Source: a candidate division WOR-3 bacterium (GTDB taxonomy: Bacteria; Hydrothermota; Hydrothermia; B15-G9; WFZT01). Taken from it: DNA of 54,650 nt. The notes beneath the pieces were generated by a model. It saw nothing but the letters and a program-made list of their open reading frames with translations, ran no database searches and was not told the origin of the DNA. Where the stretch lies: contig JALUEE010000021.1 in assembly GCA_027053075.1 (NCBI GenBank), positions 1 through 54,650 of the forward strand. Direction: 5' to 3'. Below are positions 8,887-18,391 of the stretch, in pieces. The position numbers and the translations under genes were made by a program. Numbering within the stretch: the first letter of the stretch is position 1; each line of letters begins with the position of its first letter.

Positions 8887-10671
8887 ATGGCTATTGAATT
8901 TAAAGACCTTGTTAATCCATTATCTGCGCTAAAGCATCTTGGAAAGAAGCCCCATACAATAAGGCTCCCCTATGATAAAAAGGAGCCAGCGGATAGGGTA
9001 AGAGGATTCCATTACAACGACTGGAGTGTCTGCGTAGGCTGTGGAAACTGTGCTCGAATCTGTAACGTGCAGGCTATCGAGATGGTGGAAATAGAAGGAC
9101 TCCAGGCAAGGTTTGGTTCCACGAATCTGCGTCCAAAGGTTGATTACGGAAGATGCTGCTTCTGCGCTCAGTGTGTGGATGTATGTCCCACAGGCTCCCT
9201 GAAGCTCACAGATAAATTCACACTGGTAACACCCAATAAAGAGGATTTTGTCTTCATACCCGATATCAAAAAGTACCCTTACACCGGCAAAGGATGGGTT
9301 ACCACACCTGAGACCTCACTCCTTCGTTATGACCGTGTTGAGATGCCAGAAAAAGACCCTGAGGAGAGAAAGAGGACCTTCGACCACGTGCTACTTGGAT
9401 TCACGGAAGAGATGGCCGTTACTGAGGCCAACAGGTGTCTCGGATGTGCCATCTGTATGCAGGGATGCCCAACCGAGATGTACATACCCCATTACCTTGA
9501 AGAAATTGCAAATCAGCAGTACGACAGGGCAGTAAATACATTCTTCATCAATAATCCTCTTCCTGAAATCTGTGGAACAGTCTGTACGCACAGATGTGAA
9601 AATGCCTGTGTGCTGGGCAACAGAGGTAAGCCCATCCAGATCAGGTTTGAGAAAGGATTTGCAGCGGATCAGGTTTCAGATTACGGCAAGGTGCTGAACC
9701 TCAAGAAGGCAGCCCCGACTGGCAAGAAAGTTGCAATAATTGGCGCAGGTCCTGGCGGCTTGACAGCTGCCTTTTACCTGTCTTTAAGAGGGCATTCGGT
9801 AACTATCTTTGAGGCACTCAATGTGCCCGGCGGAATGATGAAAGTGGGAATCCCGCGCTACAGGTTGCCACAGAAAACTCTGGATAAGGAGATAAACTTT
9901 ATCCTGAGTCAGGAGAATGTGGAAATTCGCTACAATACGAGAGTTGGAAAAGATATTAGCTTTGACCAGCTACTTGAGGAATTTGATGCTGTTTACATCG
10001 GAGTTGGATACAGTAAGGGAAGCAAGATGAATATTCCGGGCGAAGACGCTGAAGGAGTGATGGAGGCAATTGATTTTCTCCGTGCCGTGAACCTCGGCAA
10101 TCCCCCTAAGATCGGAAAGCGCATTGTTGTTGTGGGTGGTGGAGATGTCGCAATGGACGCTTCACGCACTCCGTTCAGGCTCGGCGCTGAGGAAGTTTAT
10201 ATTTCTTACAGGCGCAGAATTGTGGACATGCCGGCTTCCGATGAGGAGAAGCATGAGGCCATGGACGAGGGCGTGATCTTCATGCCTCAGACCCTGCCCA
10301 TCGAGGTTGTGACTGAAAATGGTAAGATGGTCGGAATTAAATACGTGAAGACCGAAATGGTGGATCAGGGCCCCGGTAAGAGACCAAAGCCTGTGCCAAA
10401 GATGGATGAGGTCTTCTTCCTCGAGGCAGACAACCTCATCCTGGCAATTGGTCAGAAGCCAGACCTCTCCTTCCTGCCCGAGAGCTGGCTCGAGAAATTA
10501 GAGCTGGATAAATGGGGTAACCACATCATCGTGGACGACCACCAGATGACAAGCATTCCCGGAGTCTTTGCTGGTGGCGATATAGTTAATCCAAGGGCCG
10601 ATATAATCAGTGCAATAGCAGATGGTCGTCACGCAGCAGAAGGAATTGACATTTATTTGAGGAGGAAGTGA
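8887..10671 (+). CDS. NuoI/MbsN-like 2x[4Fe-4S] domain fused to a GltD/NfnB/SudA-like NAD(P)H flavoprotein
   Basis: N-terminal CVGCGNCARIC and CCFCAQCVDVCP; then EANRCLGC...CP, CGTVC...CE..C, GAGPGG (FAD), GGGDVAMD and FAGGD motifs. Confidence 0.88.
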   Translation: MAIEFKDLVNPLSALKHLGKKPHTIRLPYDKKEPADRVRGFHYNDWSVCVGCGNCARICNVQAIEMVEIEGLQARFGSTNLRPKVDYGRCCFCAQCVDVCPTGSLKLTDKFTLVTPNKEDFVFIPDIKKYPYTGKGWVTTPETSLLRYDRVEMPEKDPEERKRTFDHVLLGFTEEMAVTEANRCLGCAICMQGCPTEMYIPHYLEEIANQQYDRAVNTFFINNPLPEICGTVCTHRCENACVLGNRGKPIQIRFEKGFAADQVSDYGKVLNLKKAAPTGKKVAIIGAGPGGLTAAFYLSLRGHSVTIFEALNVPGGMMKVGIPRYRLPQKTLDKEINFILSQENVEIRYNTRVGKDISFDQLLEEFDAVYIGVGYSKGSKMNIPGEDAEGVMEAIDFLRAVNLGNPPKIGKRIVVVGGGDVAMDASRTPFRLGAEEVYISYRRRIVDMPASDEEKHEAMDEGVIFMPQTLPIEVVTENGKMVGIKYVKTEMVDQGPGKRPKPVPKMDEVFFLEADNLILAIGQKPDLSFLPESWLEKLELDKWGNHIIVDDHQMTSIPGVFAGGDIVNPRADIISAIADGRHAAEGIDIYLRRK

Positions 10672-10711
10672 AGGGATACGCGGATTTTAGGCCGCGGTGA
10701 TTGATTTTTTG

Positions 10712-10980
10712 GAGGGGGGGCTCGGGCCTTCGGCCCGAGCCCCTGACATCACCCATGTTTTTGCTTTTCATGTATATTCATACAATGCAATCTGGGCGAG
10801 AAATTCAATTTCTCGCACTAAATCAACAATTTTAACCGAAAGAATATATTCGTTTATACCGTATAAAGGAAGTGTTCAAATATTGAGCGTAGTACACCTT
10901 TTTGAAGTCGTGACAAGGGATAAGGTGTTATTATCCAGAAATTCGTGGGTGACGTCAGCGGCCCGAGCCCCCCTCTTTCT
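10712..10980 (+). terminator. GC-rich hairpin (probable terminator of the mbs operon) split by a MITE insertion
   Basis: GGGCTCGGGCC-TTC-GGCCCGAGCCC at ~10718-10742; the rest of the 3' arm and a short T-run (CCCTCTTTCT) resume after the insert at 10971-10980. Confidence 0.6.
10743..10958. mobile_element. MITE family A, copy 1 (216 bp, non-autonomous)
   Basis: TIRs CTGACATCACCCATG / CGTGGGTGACGTCAG; 12-bp direct repeat CGGCCCGAGCCC at 10731-10742 and 10959-10970; near-identical copy at 22544-22759. Confidence 0.92.
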
Positions 10981-11806
10981 ATGAATTCACCAAAAATCTT
11001 GTATAAGCTCCCATAATCGCTGCCGAATGCACAACCCTTAGAACCTCCGCAGGATTTTTGGCATAGTATCTGAGCGTTCTACCCGAAACCCTCTCAATTC
11101 CCGGTATTATTGCGATAAAATCCGCTTTCAACGTATCGATTACATATATTTCAACCTCGTAATTTCCATCATGATCCGGCGACCTGTTGAATAGCTCGTG
11201 TTTCTTCATTACAGCCGTCTTTGCTTTATCCCTTATTTCTTTTCTAACCTGCTCAAGGGGATAGAGTTTTGCTGCGTACCTCGATAAACCCTCTTTGGTT
11301 ACGACAAATTCGACAGAATCGGGAAATTTGGGACGGGAGAATTTGTAAAGGGCCCGATCTCCAGTAATAAGTCCAACAGGCACACCGAGATAGCTCGCAT
11401 AGAGTGCGTTTAGCTCAGCTTCTCCAAAAACTTCACCATTCACTCGAACCTCATAGATGGTGTAAGACGAAAATGTATGGTCCATCTGTCCATGAATGAA
11501 CCCCGCAGGAGCATGGTAACCTATGAAGAAGACAACGTCAAAGTCACTCGTCAATCCCTGCATCATGTAGTAGACACGCGGATAACCTCTAACAAGCTGG
11601 ACATTTTTCGGCAAAACCTCAGGATTTATGTTCATTCCTGTTGAATGTGAATCTGCAACCACTATCTCTTCAGCTCCACCATCGAATGCGCCGTGTATAG
11701 CGGCCAGTAGATCTGCTTCCATGTGCTTTGAATAAACTTCCTGGCGCTCACGCCAGCTCGCAACCCCGGAAATCCCTTCCATGTCAATCGAGATAAACAC
11801 TTTCAT
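10979..11806 (-). CDS. dppA: D-aminopeptidase, peptidase M55 family
   Basis: MKVFISIDMEGISG, VADSH, IGYH and DHT metal ligands; start set at the second Met. Confidence 0.9.
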   Translation of the reverse strand: MKVFISIDMEGISGVASWRERQEVYSKHMEADLLAAIHGAFDGGAEEIVVADSHSTGMNINPEVLPKNVQLVRGYPRVYYMMQGLTSDFDVVFFIGYHAPAGFIHGQMDHTFSSYTIYEVRVNGEVFGEAELNALYASYLGVPVGLITGDRALYKFSRPKFPDSVEFVVTKEGLSRYAAKLYPLEQVRKEIRDKAKTAVMKKHELFNRSPDHDGNYEVEIYVIDTLKADFIAIIPGIERVSGRTLRYYAKNPAEVLRVVHSAAIMGAYTRFLVNS

Positions 11807-12034
11807 AATCTTAAGTATATGCAAAATGCCCCGATCTGGTAAACAGTTCGGAACATGTCAAGTCCTGAAATATGTTGACATTTAAAAGGGGGCCCCTCGG
11901 AATAATCCACCCGTTATCTTCACCTTAAATCCCTCTATCTTTACATTGGGTGTTAGAATAGCTTTGTGTGAGGTGTACAAATTCACGATTTTTGATGGAC
12001 ACACCTATTAGAAAATAGTAATAGAAAGCCTTCC

Positions 12035-12823
12035 TCACGTTCCCACACTCTCATAGCGCTTTATCCCCGCTTTCCAGACCAGAGTTACAAGGATCGCAAA
12101 GACAAGCACAAGTAAAATCTGGAGTAGAATGAGGCCTAAAGGCTCCCCCTTCCCGAGTAAAATTCTTGCAGGGAAATTTGAAATCACAGCTATGGGCAAA
12201 AGGGTTAAGAAAATCATCTTTAACCATTTTCCGTAAATCTCCGCGGGGAATTTCCCGAACTCTGCAATATCATCAAACATTCCGTACAATGCATAAAGTC
12301 TGTAAATCCAGAAACTGAGCGAGTAAATCAGCATCTCCATTTCAACAAGTATAACAAACGAAAGGGCCAGTGAAAGTGTGAAAAGTGCCACTGTCACGGC
12401 ACCCACCACCCCTTTAAGCATCAGTCCATACAAAATCATTGCAACACCGACCAGTATCCTCGGTAAGGAGGTAAAATCCGGTTCAAGCAGTAAGATTGTG
12501 AGCTTGAGGCTAATGGGCCTCACAAGAAACGTGTCAAGATACCCCATTTCAATGAGATACGAAAGGCTAAACAACCCATTCTGAGGCACAATCCTGTATA
12601 AAACGAGGAGCAAAAACATCACACCTTGCAGCACAATCATTTCGGCCTTATTCCAACCCAGAATTGAGTCAACTCGCGAATAAATGGCCCCAAGAATTGC
12701 AAAAATATCTATAGATGCAGATACCAGTGCAGTTAGAAACCCAAGAATTGCCGATGACCTGAAGACGAGTCTTCTATTTAAACGAATTTTTATGAATTCA
12801 AGCGCTATTTTAAGAGTCCTCAT
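12035..12823 (-). CDS. ABC-2 type transporter permease (ABC2_membrane_6/DUF990-like)
   Basis: G.LD..LVRP and FPAEIY motifs; six TM segments; operonic with an ABC ATPase. Confidence 0.82.
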   Translation of the reverse strand: MRTLKIALEFIKIRLNRRLVFRSSAILGFLTALVSASIDIFAILGAIYSRVDSILGWNKAEMIVLQGVMFLLLVLYRIVPQNGLFSLSYLIEMGYLDTFLVRPISLKLTILLLEPDFTSLPRILVGVAMILYGLMLKGVVGAVTVALFTLSLALSFVILVEMEMLIYSLSFWIYRLYALYGMFDDIAEFGKFPAEIYGKWLKMIFLTLLPIAVISNFPARILLGKGEPLGLILLQILLVLVFAILVTLVWKAGIKRYESVGT

Positions 12824-12825
12824 CT

Positions 12826-13617
12826 TCAAATCCCTGGTGCTGTATAAACTTTTAACCCCTTTCGGGTCAGGTAAATTGCCAGCAATATCACTGGCACCAG
12901 CCACACAATTAGCGACACAAGACCAAGAGCCATTTCATGACCGGAAACTTTGCCGAGATAAATTCGTGCCGGGAAATATCCGATAAAATTGTAGGGAATT
13001 AACCAGACGATGGATTTACTCACAATCAGATTCAATGGAATATAGACACCGGAGAGAAAAGCCTGAATGAAATGCAAAAGGCTTCTATGCCCAGAAACCT
13101 CACTCCACCAGAAGGCCATGATTTCAACGATATATTCCACAGCGAATTTGAATAAACCTCCTCCCATCCAGAAAACAAACATAAGGATAAAATTTCTGGT
13201 GTTCCAGCTCAGGATGATGAATTTTTTCATCAGGAATGCAACAACAATTGCCTCGAGAAAATTGGCAAGCATGTAAATCAGGTTGAATCCCGTGACTCTC
13301 GCGTAGTAAAGCGCAAACAAATTAAGCGGCCTCGAGAGGAAATTCACAATAAATCCGTTCCTTATAAAATTTGACACCTCGGACCAGCAAGTTGGTGCAA
13401 AGTTGAAAAGCAAATTTGTAACGAGATAGTAAGTTGCCATCTCTCTGAATGAATAATCCCAGCCGGTTCCATGTATGGAATAGATGGTTTTCCACAGGAA
13501 GAAAAAGACAAAGAACGAAACAAGGCTCATGATACCGTAAAAAACACTGTTTGCCCTGTACCTCATAGAATATCTACCTTCAAACCATGCAAACTCAATG
13601 TACTTTCTCATGTTCAC
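12826..13617 (-). CDS. ABC-2 type transporter permease
   Basis: IRNG...FLSRP, FLSGVYIPL and FPARIYLG motifs. Confidence 0.82.
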   Translation of the reverse strand: MNMRKYIEFAWFEGRYSMRYRANSVFYGIMSLVSFFVFFFLWKTIYSIHGTGWDYSFREMATYYLVTNLLFNFAPTCWSEVSNFIRNGFIVNFLSRPLNLFALYYARVTGFNLIYMLANFLEAIVVAFLMKKFIILSWNTRNFILMFVFWMGGGLFKFAVEYIVEIMAFWWSEVSGHRSLLHFIQAFLSGVYIPLNLIVSKSIVWLIPYNFIGYFPARIYLGKVSGHEMALGLVSLIVWLVPVILLAIYLTRKGLKVYTAPGI

Positions 13618-14590
13618 CTCTGTATATTCTTTTTATTACATCCTCAAGTTCTTTATCCTCTATCACAATGTCCTTAACCTCGAAATTCTCAACAAAATAT
13701 CGCACAAGCTCCCTTGTCCTGTTTGCCTCGATCTTGTAGCTCACCCCAGTTGCATCTTTTCGAACAATCTTATCGGGCAATGGTAATTCCATTTCCTTTT
13801 TGCTCTCAAAAGTGAATTTCACGATTCGATGTCGTGAGAATTCCTGATAAATTTGTGAAATATTGCCTCTAAAGATGATTTCCCCCTGATTCAGCACAAT
13901 GAGCTCGTCTGAGAGGTCTTCGATATCCTTGACGTAGTGAGAGGTCAGGATAACTGTTGCTCCAACCTCGTTTTTGTAGTCCTTTATGAAATTTCTGAGG
14001 TTTTCTGCGGCAACCATATCAAGCCCAAGGGTTGGCTCATCGAGAAATAAAACTTCAGGGAAGTGCAGGACTGCGGCTATTATTTCAACCTTTGCCTTTT
14101 GTCCCATGGAAAGCTTCCGCACGGTGACATTTAGAAAGTCGGTTATATCAAGAGCGGAAATGAGATAATCAATCCTTCTTTTGTAGGTCTTATCGTCAAT
14201 GTTGTAGATAGCTTTTACAAGTCGAAAAAGGTCAACTGGAGGGAGGTCCCATGCCATATATTCAGCGAACCTTTTCTGGGAAGAGAGGAATCCTATTCTA
14301 TGAAGAAATTTGCTTTCCCTTTTCTGTGGGATATGGCCCAGTACGCTAACTGTTCCCGATGTTGGATGAATGATACCTGTGAGGATTTTCAGAATAGTGG
14401 TTTTTCCAGCACCATTTGGGCCGAGAATGGTGAGAATCTTTCCCGGTTCAGCTTCAAAGCTTATGCCTTTAAGTGCCTCAACTTCCTCGAACTTTTGATG
14501 GAAATAGAATTCCAGGATACCTTTGAATCCTTCAGATTTCAAAGGTCTTCTAAATATTTTACGCAAATTCCGCACAATAATACATGGCAT
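13595..14590 (-). CDS. ABC exporter ATP-binding protein
   Basis: Walker A GPNGAGKT, signature LSMGQK, Walker B LFLDEPT. Confidence 0.92.
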   Translation of the reverse strand: MPCIIVRNLRKIFRRPLKSEGFKGILEFYFHQKFEEVEALKGISFEAEPGKILTILGPNGAGKTTILKILTGIIHPTSGTVSVLGHIPQKRESKFLHRIGFLSSQKRFAEYMAWDLPPVDLFRLVKAIYNIDDKTYKRRIDYLISALDITDFLNVTVRKLSMGQKAKVEIIAAVLHFPEVLFLDEPTLGLDMVAAENLRNFIKDYKNEVGATVILTSHYVKDIEDLSDELIVLNQGEIIFRGNISQIYQEFSRHRIVKFTFESKKEMELPLPDKIVRKDATGVSYKIEANRTRELVRYFVENFEVKDIVIEDKELEDVIKRIYRGEHEKVH

Positions 14591-14741
14591 AGTTTACCTC
14601 CCGGGGTTTGAAGTTGGTGGGTATGATATGTATTAGTAGGTAAGCCTCATTGTAAGCCTCCTGATGAGGATTCAAATATTAAAGTCAATTCTGGCATTGT
14701 GTCAAATTTGGTTTTTAGCGGAATGAATCCATACCAACTCC

Positions 14742-15069
14742 GAAGCCTGTTCGAAAAATCCTCAATTTAAGTTGCACTTTTTAAGCATATTCCCATAATT
14801 ATTGCAAACCAGTCGGTAAATTTCCCTTCCTTCCCCAGGGAAGGAGTGGTCAGGGGAGAATGGGGTAAGATTTACAATCTTTAGTATGGCTAATGGAGCG
14901 ATGTTCCAGCATCGATATCATTAAATATATCCATTCCACCCCAACCCTCCCTTCCAGAGGGAGGGAGTTCGCTACTTAGCATGCCTGGAGAAACTTGTTG
15001 AACCTCACTTTTCTGGTCAATCTATTCACAACTACAAAATTACCGGGGGAACATTTTCAAACAGGCTAC
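14742..15069. mobile_element. MITE-like family B, copy 1 (~328 bp) carrying internal GC hairpins
   Basis: Ends GAAGCCTGTTCGAAAA / TTTTCAAACAGGCTAC; 8-bp direct repeat CCAACTCC at 14734-14741 and 15070-15077; homologous along its length to the reverse complement of 45931-46283. Confidence 0.8.
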
Positions 15070-15077
15070 CCAACTCC

Positions 15078-15107
15078 TTGAACTTTTAGGTGGGGTTGTT
15101 TTATCAT
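15078..15107 (+). promoter_or_regulatory. Sigma70-type promoter of the aro leader
   Basis: TTGAAC-18 nt-TATCAT, 8 nt upstream of the leader ATG. Confidence 0.6.
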
Positions 15108-15115
15108 TTTACCCG

Positions 15116-15178
15116 ATGGGTTCCGTTAGGTTTTACTTTACTCGATTTTATTACTATCCCCTCATAGAGAGGGGATAG
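15116..15178 (+). CDS. Phe/Tyr-rich attenuator leader peptide MGSVRFYFTRFYYYPLIERG
   Basis: Translated by hand; 3 Phe + 4 Tyr in 9 consecutive codons, directly upstream of DAHP synthase. Confidence 0.85.
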   Translation: MGSVRFYFTRFYYYPLIERG

Positions 15179-15264
15179 GGGAACCTGTCCATCCCGCACG
15201 AATAAACTGAATCCCCATCCCTTCTCAAGAAAACGAAAAAGAGAAGAGGTGGGGTTTATTTTAT
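15154..15264 (+). promoter_or_regulatory. Ribosome-mediated transcription attenuator
   Basis: 1:2 stem CTATCCCCTC/GAGGGGATAG; 2:3 pairing of 15167-15182 with 15212-15226; 3:4 stem with 15241-15254 followed by TTTATTTTAT. Confidence 0.8.
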
Positions 15265-15279
15265 CTGGAGGTTTTTAAA

Positions 15280-16323
15280 ATGGTGATCGTCCTCAAAAAA
15301 GGAGCTGGCCACAAAGAGGTGGCAAAGGTAAAAAGCATCGTTGAAGACATGGGCTTCAAAGTCCATGTCTCAGTTGGCGAAGAGCGCACCATCATCGGCA
15401 TCATTGGTGATGAACGAAAGCTGGCAAGGGAGAGAGTGGAAAGCCTTGAATGCGTGGAAAACGTCATAACCATCCTGAAGCCCTTCAAACTTGCCGCGCG
15501 GGAGATGAAACCTGAAGGCACTGTAGTGGAAGTTAAAGGTGAAAAAATTGGAAACGGCAGCTTCACCGTTATCGCAGGTCCATGCTCTGTCGAGTCATAC
15601 GACCAGGTGATGGAAATTGCACACTTTGTCAAAGAGCATGGAGCCCGTGCCCTGCGAGGTGGAGCATTTAAGCCCAGAACCTCTCCCTACTCCTTCCAGG
15701 GACTTGGAGTCAAAGGCCTCGAGTATCTCAAAGAGGCAGGAGACAAATACGGACTGCCAGTGGTCACCGAAGTTATGAACACAGAGCTTGTTCCACTGGT
15801 CGCCGAGTATGCCGATATCCTCCAGATAGGTGCGCGCAACATGCAGAACTTTGCCCTGCTAAAAGCCGTTGGGAAAACCCACAAACCAATTCTTTTAAAA
15901 CGTGGCATGATGGCAAGAATCGAGGAATTCCTCCTCGCCGCAGAGTATATCCTCGCAGAGGGCAATCCCAACGTAATCCTCTGTGAGCGAGGTATCAGGA
16001 CCTTTGAAACATACACACGAAACACCCTCGACATTTCTGCCGTGCCTCTCATCAAGCAACTGAGCCACCTACCTATTCTTGTTGACCCATCACATGCAAC
16101 AGGGAAGCGAGAACTCGTGCCACCTCTTGCAAAGGCAGCCCTCGCAGTGGGAGCCGATGGTATCATGGTTGAGGTTCACATGAATCCCGAGAGAGCACTT
16201 TCCGATGGCAGGCAAACCCTCGATTTCCAGCAGTTTGCGAGCATGATGGAAGACTTAAAAGAAATCGGAGAGGTATTGGGTAAGAAGATTGTGCCGGAGA
16301 AGGCTGGAGTTACAACCATATGA
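15280..16323 (+). CDS. aroF: DAHP synthase type I-beta with N-terminal ferredoxin-like regulatory domain
   Basis: IAGPCSVES, GGAFKPRTSPYSFQG, QIGARNMQN and DPSH motifs. Confidence 0.95.
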   Translation: MVIVLKKGAGHKEVAKVKSIVEDMGFKVHVSVGEERTIIGIIGDERKLARERVESLECVENVITILKPFKLAAREMKPEGTVVEVKGEKIGNGSFTVIAGPCSVESYDQVMEIAHFVKEHGARALRGGAFKPRTSPYSFQGLGVKGLEYLKEAGDKYGLPVVTEVMNTELVPLVAEYADILQIGARNMQNFALLKAVGKTHKPILLKRGMMARIEEFLLAAEYILAEGNPNVILCERGIRTFETYTRNTLDISAVPLIKQLSHLPILVDPSHATGKRELVPPLAKAALAVGADGIMVEVHMNPERALSDGRQTLDFQQFASMMEDLKEIGEVLGKKIVPEKAGVTTI

Positions 16324-17564
16324 TTAGAGGTTCAATTGAGGTTGTGCCTGATAAATCAATAAGCCACAGGGCACTCATTATTCCGTCTCTGGCAACTGGT
16401 GAGAGTTTTATTCGAAATCTATCCCCATCAGAAGACGTAAAAAGAACCTGGAATATCCTCGAGGCAATCGGTGTAAAAATTGAAGAAACCCCGGAAGGCA
16501 CGAGAATTTTGCCCGGAAAATTTAGAGAAGCCGTATTTCCTCTTTACTCTGGCAATTCAGGAACCACTGTCAGACTGATGCTCGGTGTGGTTGCGGGGCT
16601 CGGTCTGTTCTCTGTTTTTTGCGGTGATGAGTCACTTTCAAAACGGCCCATGAGACGAGTGACACTTCCGCTTTCCCTCATGGGAGCTCAGGTTCTTGGC
16701 AGAAACAACGCAGACAATCTCCCTATTGCCATCCAGGGTGGAGACCTTAATGGAATTGAATACAAAATGCCCGTTGCCTCTGCTCAGGTCAAATCTGCCA
16801 TTCTCCTTGCCGGTCTGAATGCCGACGATGAAACAACAGTTATCGAACCTGCACCTTCGCGCGACCACACAGAGAGATTCCTTAAATACATGGGGGCTGA
16901 TATAAAAATTCACGGTCCCCGAATTTCCATCAAAAGATCAGAGCTGAACCCAATAAATTTCATCATTCCTGGTGATTTTTCGGCAGCATCTTACTTTATA
17001 ACTCTCGCACTCCTCCACCCTGATGCCGAAATTGAGATTAGAAATGTAAACCTCAATCCGACACGGACAGGATTCCTCAAAATCATAGAAAAAATGCGGT
17101 GCACTGTGGAGATTGAAGTCTCTTCAAAAAACCCGGAGCCCGTTGGCAATATCAGAGCACGCACATGCAAAGGCTTTCATGGAACTGAAATAAAAGGTGA
17201 GCTCATACCTCTCGCAATTGATGAGCTTCCACTTGTTGCTCTGCTTGGGACATTCGCAGAAGGGGAGACTATCTTGAGAGATGCCCGTGAGTTGCGATTT
17301 AAAGAAAGCGATAGGATCAAGGCAATGGTGAGTGAACTCAGCAAAGCGGGTGTAAAAATCGAAGAGCTTCCAGACGGATTTATCGTGAGAAAAACCACAA
17401 AATTTAAACCCGTGAAGCTCTCATCTCACAACGACCACAGAATTGCCATGACCCTCTCTATTTTTGCACGGCTTGTTGACGAGAAAATTGAGGTTGAAGG
17501 AACAGAATGGGTGAAAATTTCGTTTCCCGATTTCTTTGAAAAATTAGAGGAACTCCAGGGATGA
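16320..17564 (+). CDS. aroA: EPSP synthase
   Basis: DKSISHRA, GNSGTT, ASAQVKSA, KESDRI and DHRIAM motifs. Confidence 0.95.
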   Translation: MIRGSIEVVPDKSISHRALIIPSLATGESFIRNLSPSEDVKRTWNILEAIGVKIEETPEGTRILPGKFREAVFPLYSGNSGTTVRLMLGVVAGLGLFSVFCGDESLSKRPMRRVTLPLSLMGAQVLGRNNADNLPIAIQGGDLNGIEYKMPVASAQVKSAILLAGLNADDETTVIEPAPSRDHTERFLKYMGADIKIHGPRISIKRSELNPINFIIPGDFSAASYFITLALLHPDAEIEIRNVNLNPTRTGFLKIIEKMRCTVEIEVSSKNPEPVGNIRARTCKGFHGTEIKGELIPLAIDELPLVALLGTFAEGETILRDARELRFKESDRIKAMVSELSKAGVKIEELPDGFIVRKTTKFKPVKLSSHNDHRIAMTLSIFARLVDEKIEVEGTEWVKISFPDFFEKLEELQG

Positions 17565-18391
17565 TCAAAGTTGGATTACTCGGTTATCCTCTCTCACACA
17601 GCTTTTCAAAAAAGCTTTTTAACTGTTTGAGGGACAACTTTGGATTTCTCATTGAATATGAGAATTTCAGCGTTCCCTCAGGGGAAGTGGATCAATTTTT
17701 CCAGTTTGCACTTGAAAACCTTCATGGATTCAATATCACAGTGCCCTACAAAGAAAAACCCTTTGAACATTCTGAGATATTCAAAATTGACGAGGTGGCA
17801 GCAAAAATTGGTGCTGTAAATGTTACAAAAAGGATCAATGGCGGATTTGAGGCCTATAACACAGACCACCTTGGCTTTATAAAACCCATCATGAATTTCA
17901 AATTCAGGAGTGCATTGATTTTTGGTGCCGGAGGTGCTGCCAGGGCCGTGATTTATGCACTGATCAATCACGGTGTAGAAAAAATCCGGGTGTTTAATAG
18001 AACGAGAGAGAGGGCCCTGAAATTAAAAAAGAAATTTCAGCTCATTGAAGTTCTGGAAGAGAGGGATATAAAAGATGCCCTTCTTGAAGCTGACATTGTA
18101 GTAAATGCCACCTCCCTTGGCCTGCATGAGGAGGCTTTCCATCCCCTGAGAAACCTCGATCTTCAGCCCAATCTCCAGGATAAAATTTTCTACGACCTGA
18201 TTTATAACCCACCTGTGACAGATTTTCTTCGCTACGGCAATGAAAGAGGGGCTATGACCGTCAACGGACTTAAGATGCTTCTTTTTCAGGCTGTTGAAAA
18301 CATTAAAATATGGACAGGTGAGAATTCATCAACGGAGGTAATCAAATGCTCAGAGTTCTTACAGCAGGAGAATCCCACGGAAAATATTTAG
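17561..18391 (+). CDS. aroE: Shikimate dehydrogenase
   Basis: SHSFS, NITVPYK, NTD and GAGGAARA motifs. Confidence 0.93.
   Translation: MIKVGLLGYPLSHSFSKKLFNCLRDNFGFLIEYENFSVPSGEVDQFFQFALENLHGFNITVPYKEKPFEHSEIFKIDEVAAKIGAVNVTKRINGGFEAYNTDHLGFIKPIMNFKFRSALIFGAGGAARAVIYALINHGVEKIRVFNRTRERALKLKKKFQLIEVLEERDIKDALLEADIVVNATSLGLHEEAFHPLRNLDLQPNLQDKIFYDLIYNPPVTDFLRYGNERGAMTVNGLKMLLFQAVENIKIWTGENSSTEVIKCSEFLQQENPTENI

Noticed and set aside
8887..10671. Glutamate synthase small subunit (gltD)
   Set aside because: No gltB is adjacent. The domain is fused to a NuoI-like module within the mbs operon, so an electron-transfer role is more plausible.
10697..10984. 95-aa ORF, and its paralog at 22519-22857, that looks like a duplicated small gene
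   Set aside because: Both are read-throughs of MITE A. Differences between the copies are mostly non-synonymous, and the starts and stops lie outside the element.
11855..11881. Inverted repeat ATGTCAA...TTGACAT as an operator upstream of dppA
   Set aside because: Only a 7-bp arm and a single occurrence; it may simply be divergent -35-like hexamers.
15261..16166. Long antisense ORFs over aroF (and similar ones over lpdA, punA, kdsB and the EAL gene)
   Set aside because: These are shadow frames of well-supported genes on the opposite strand, with no independent motifs.
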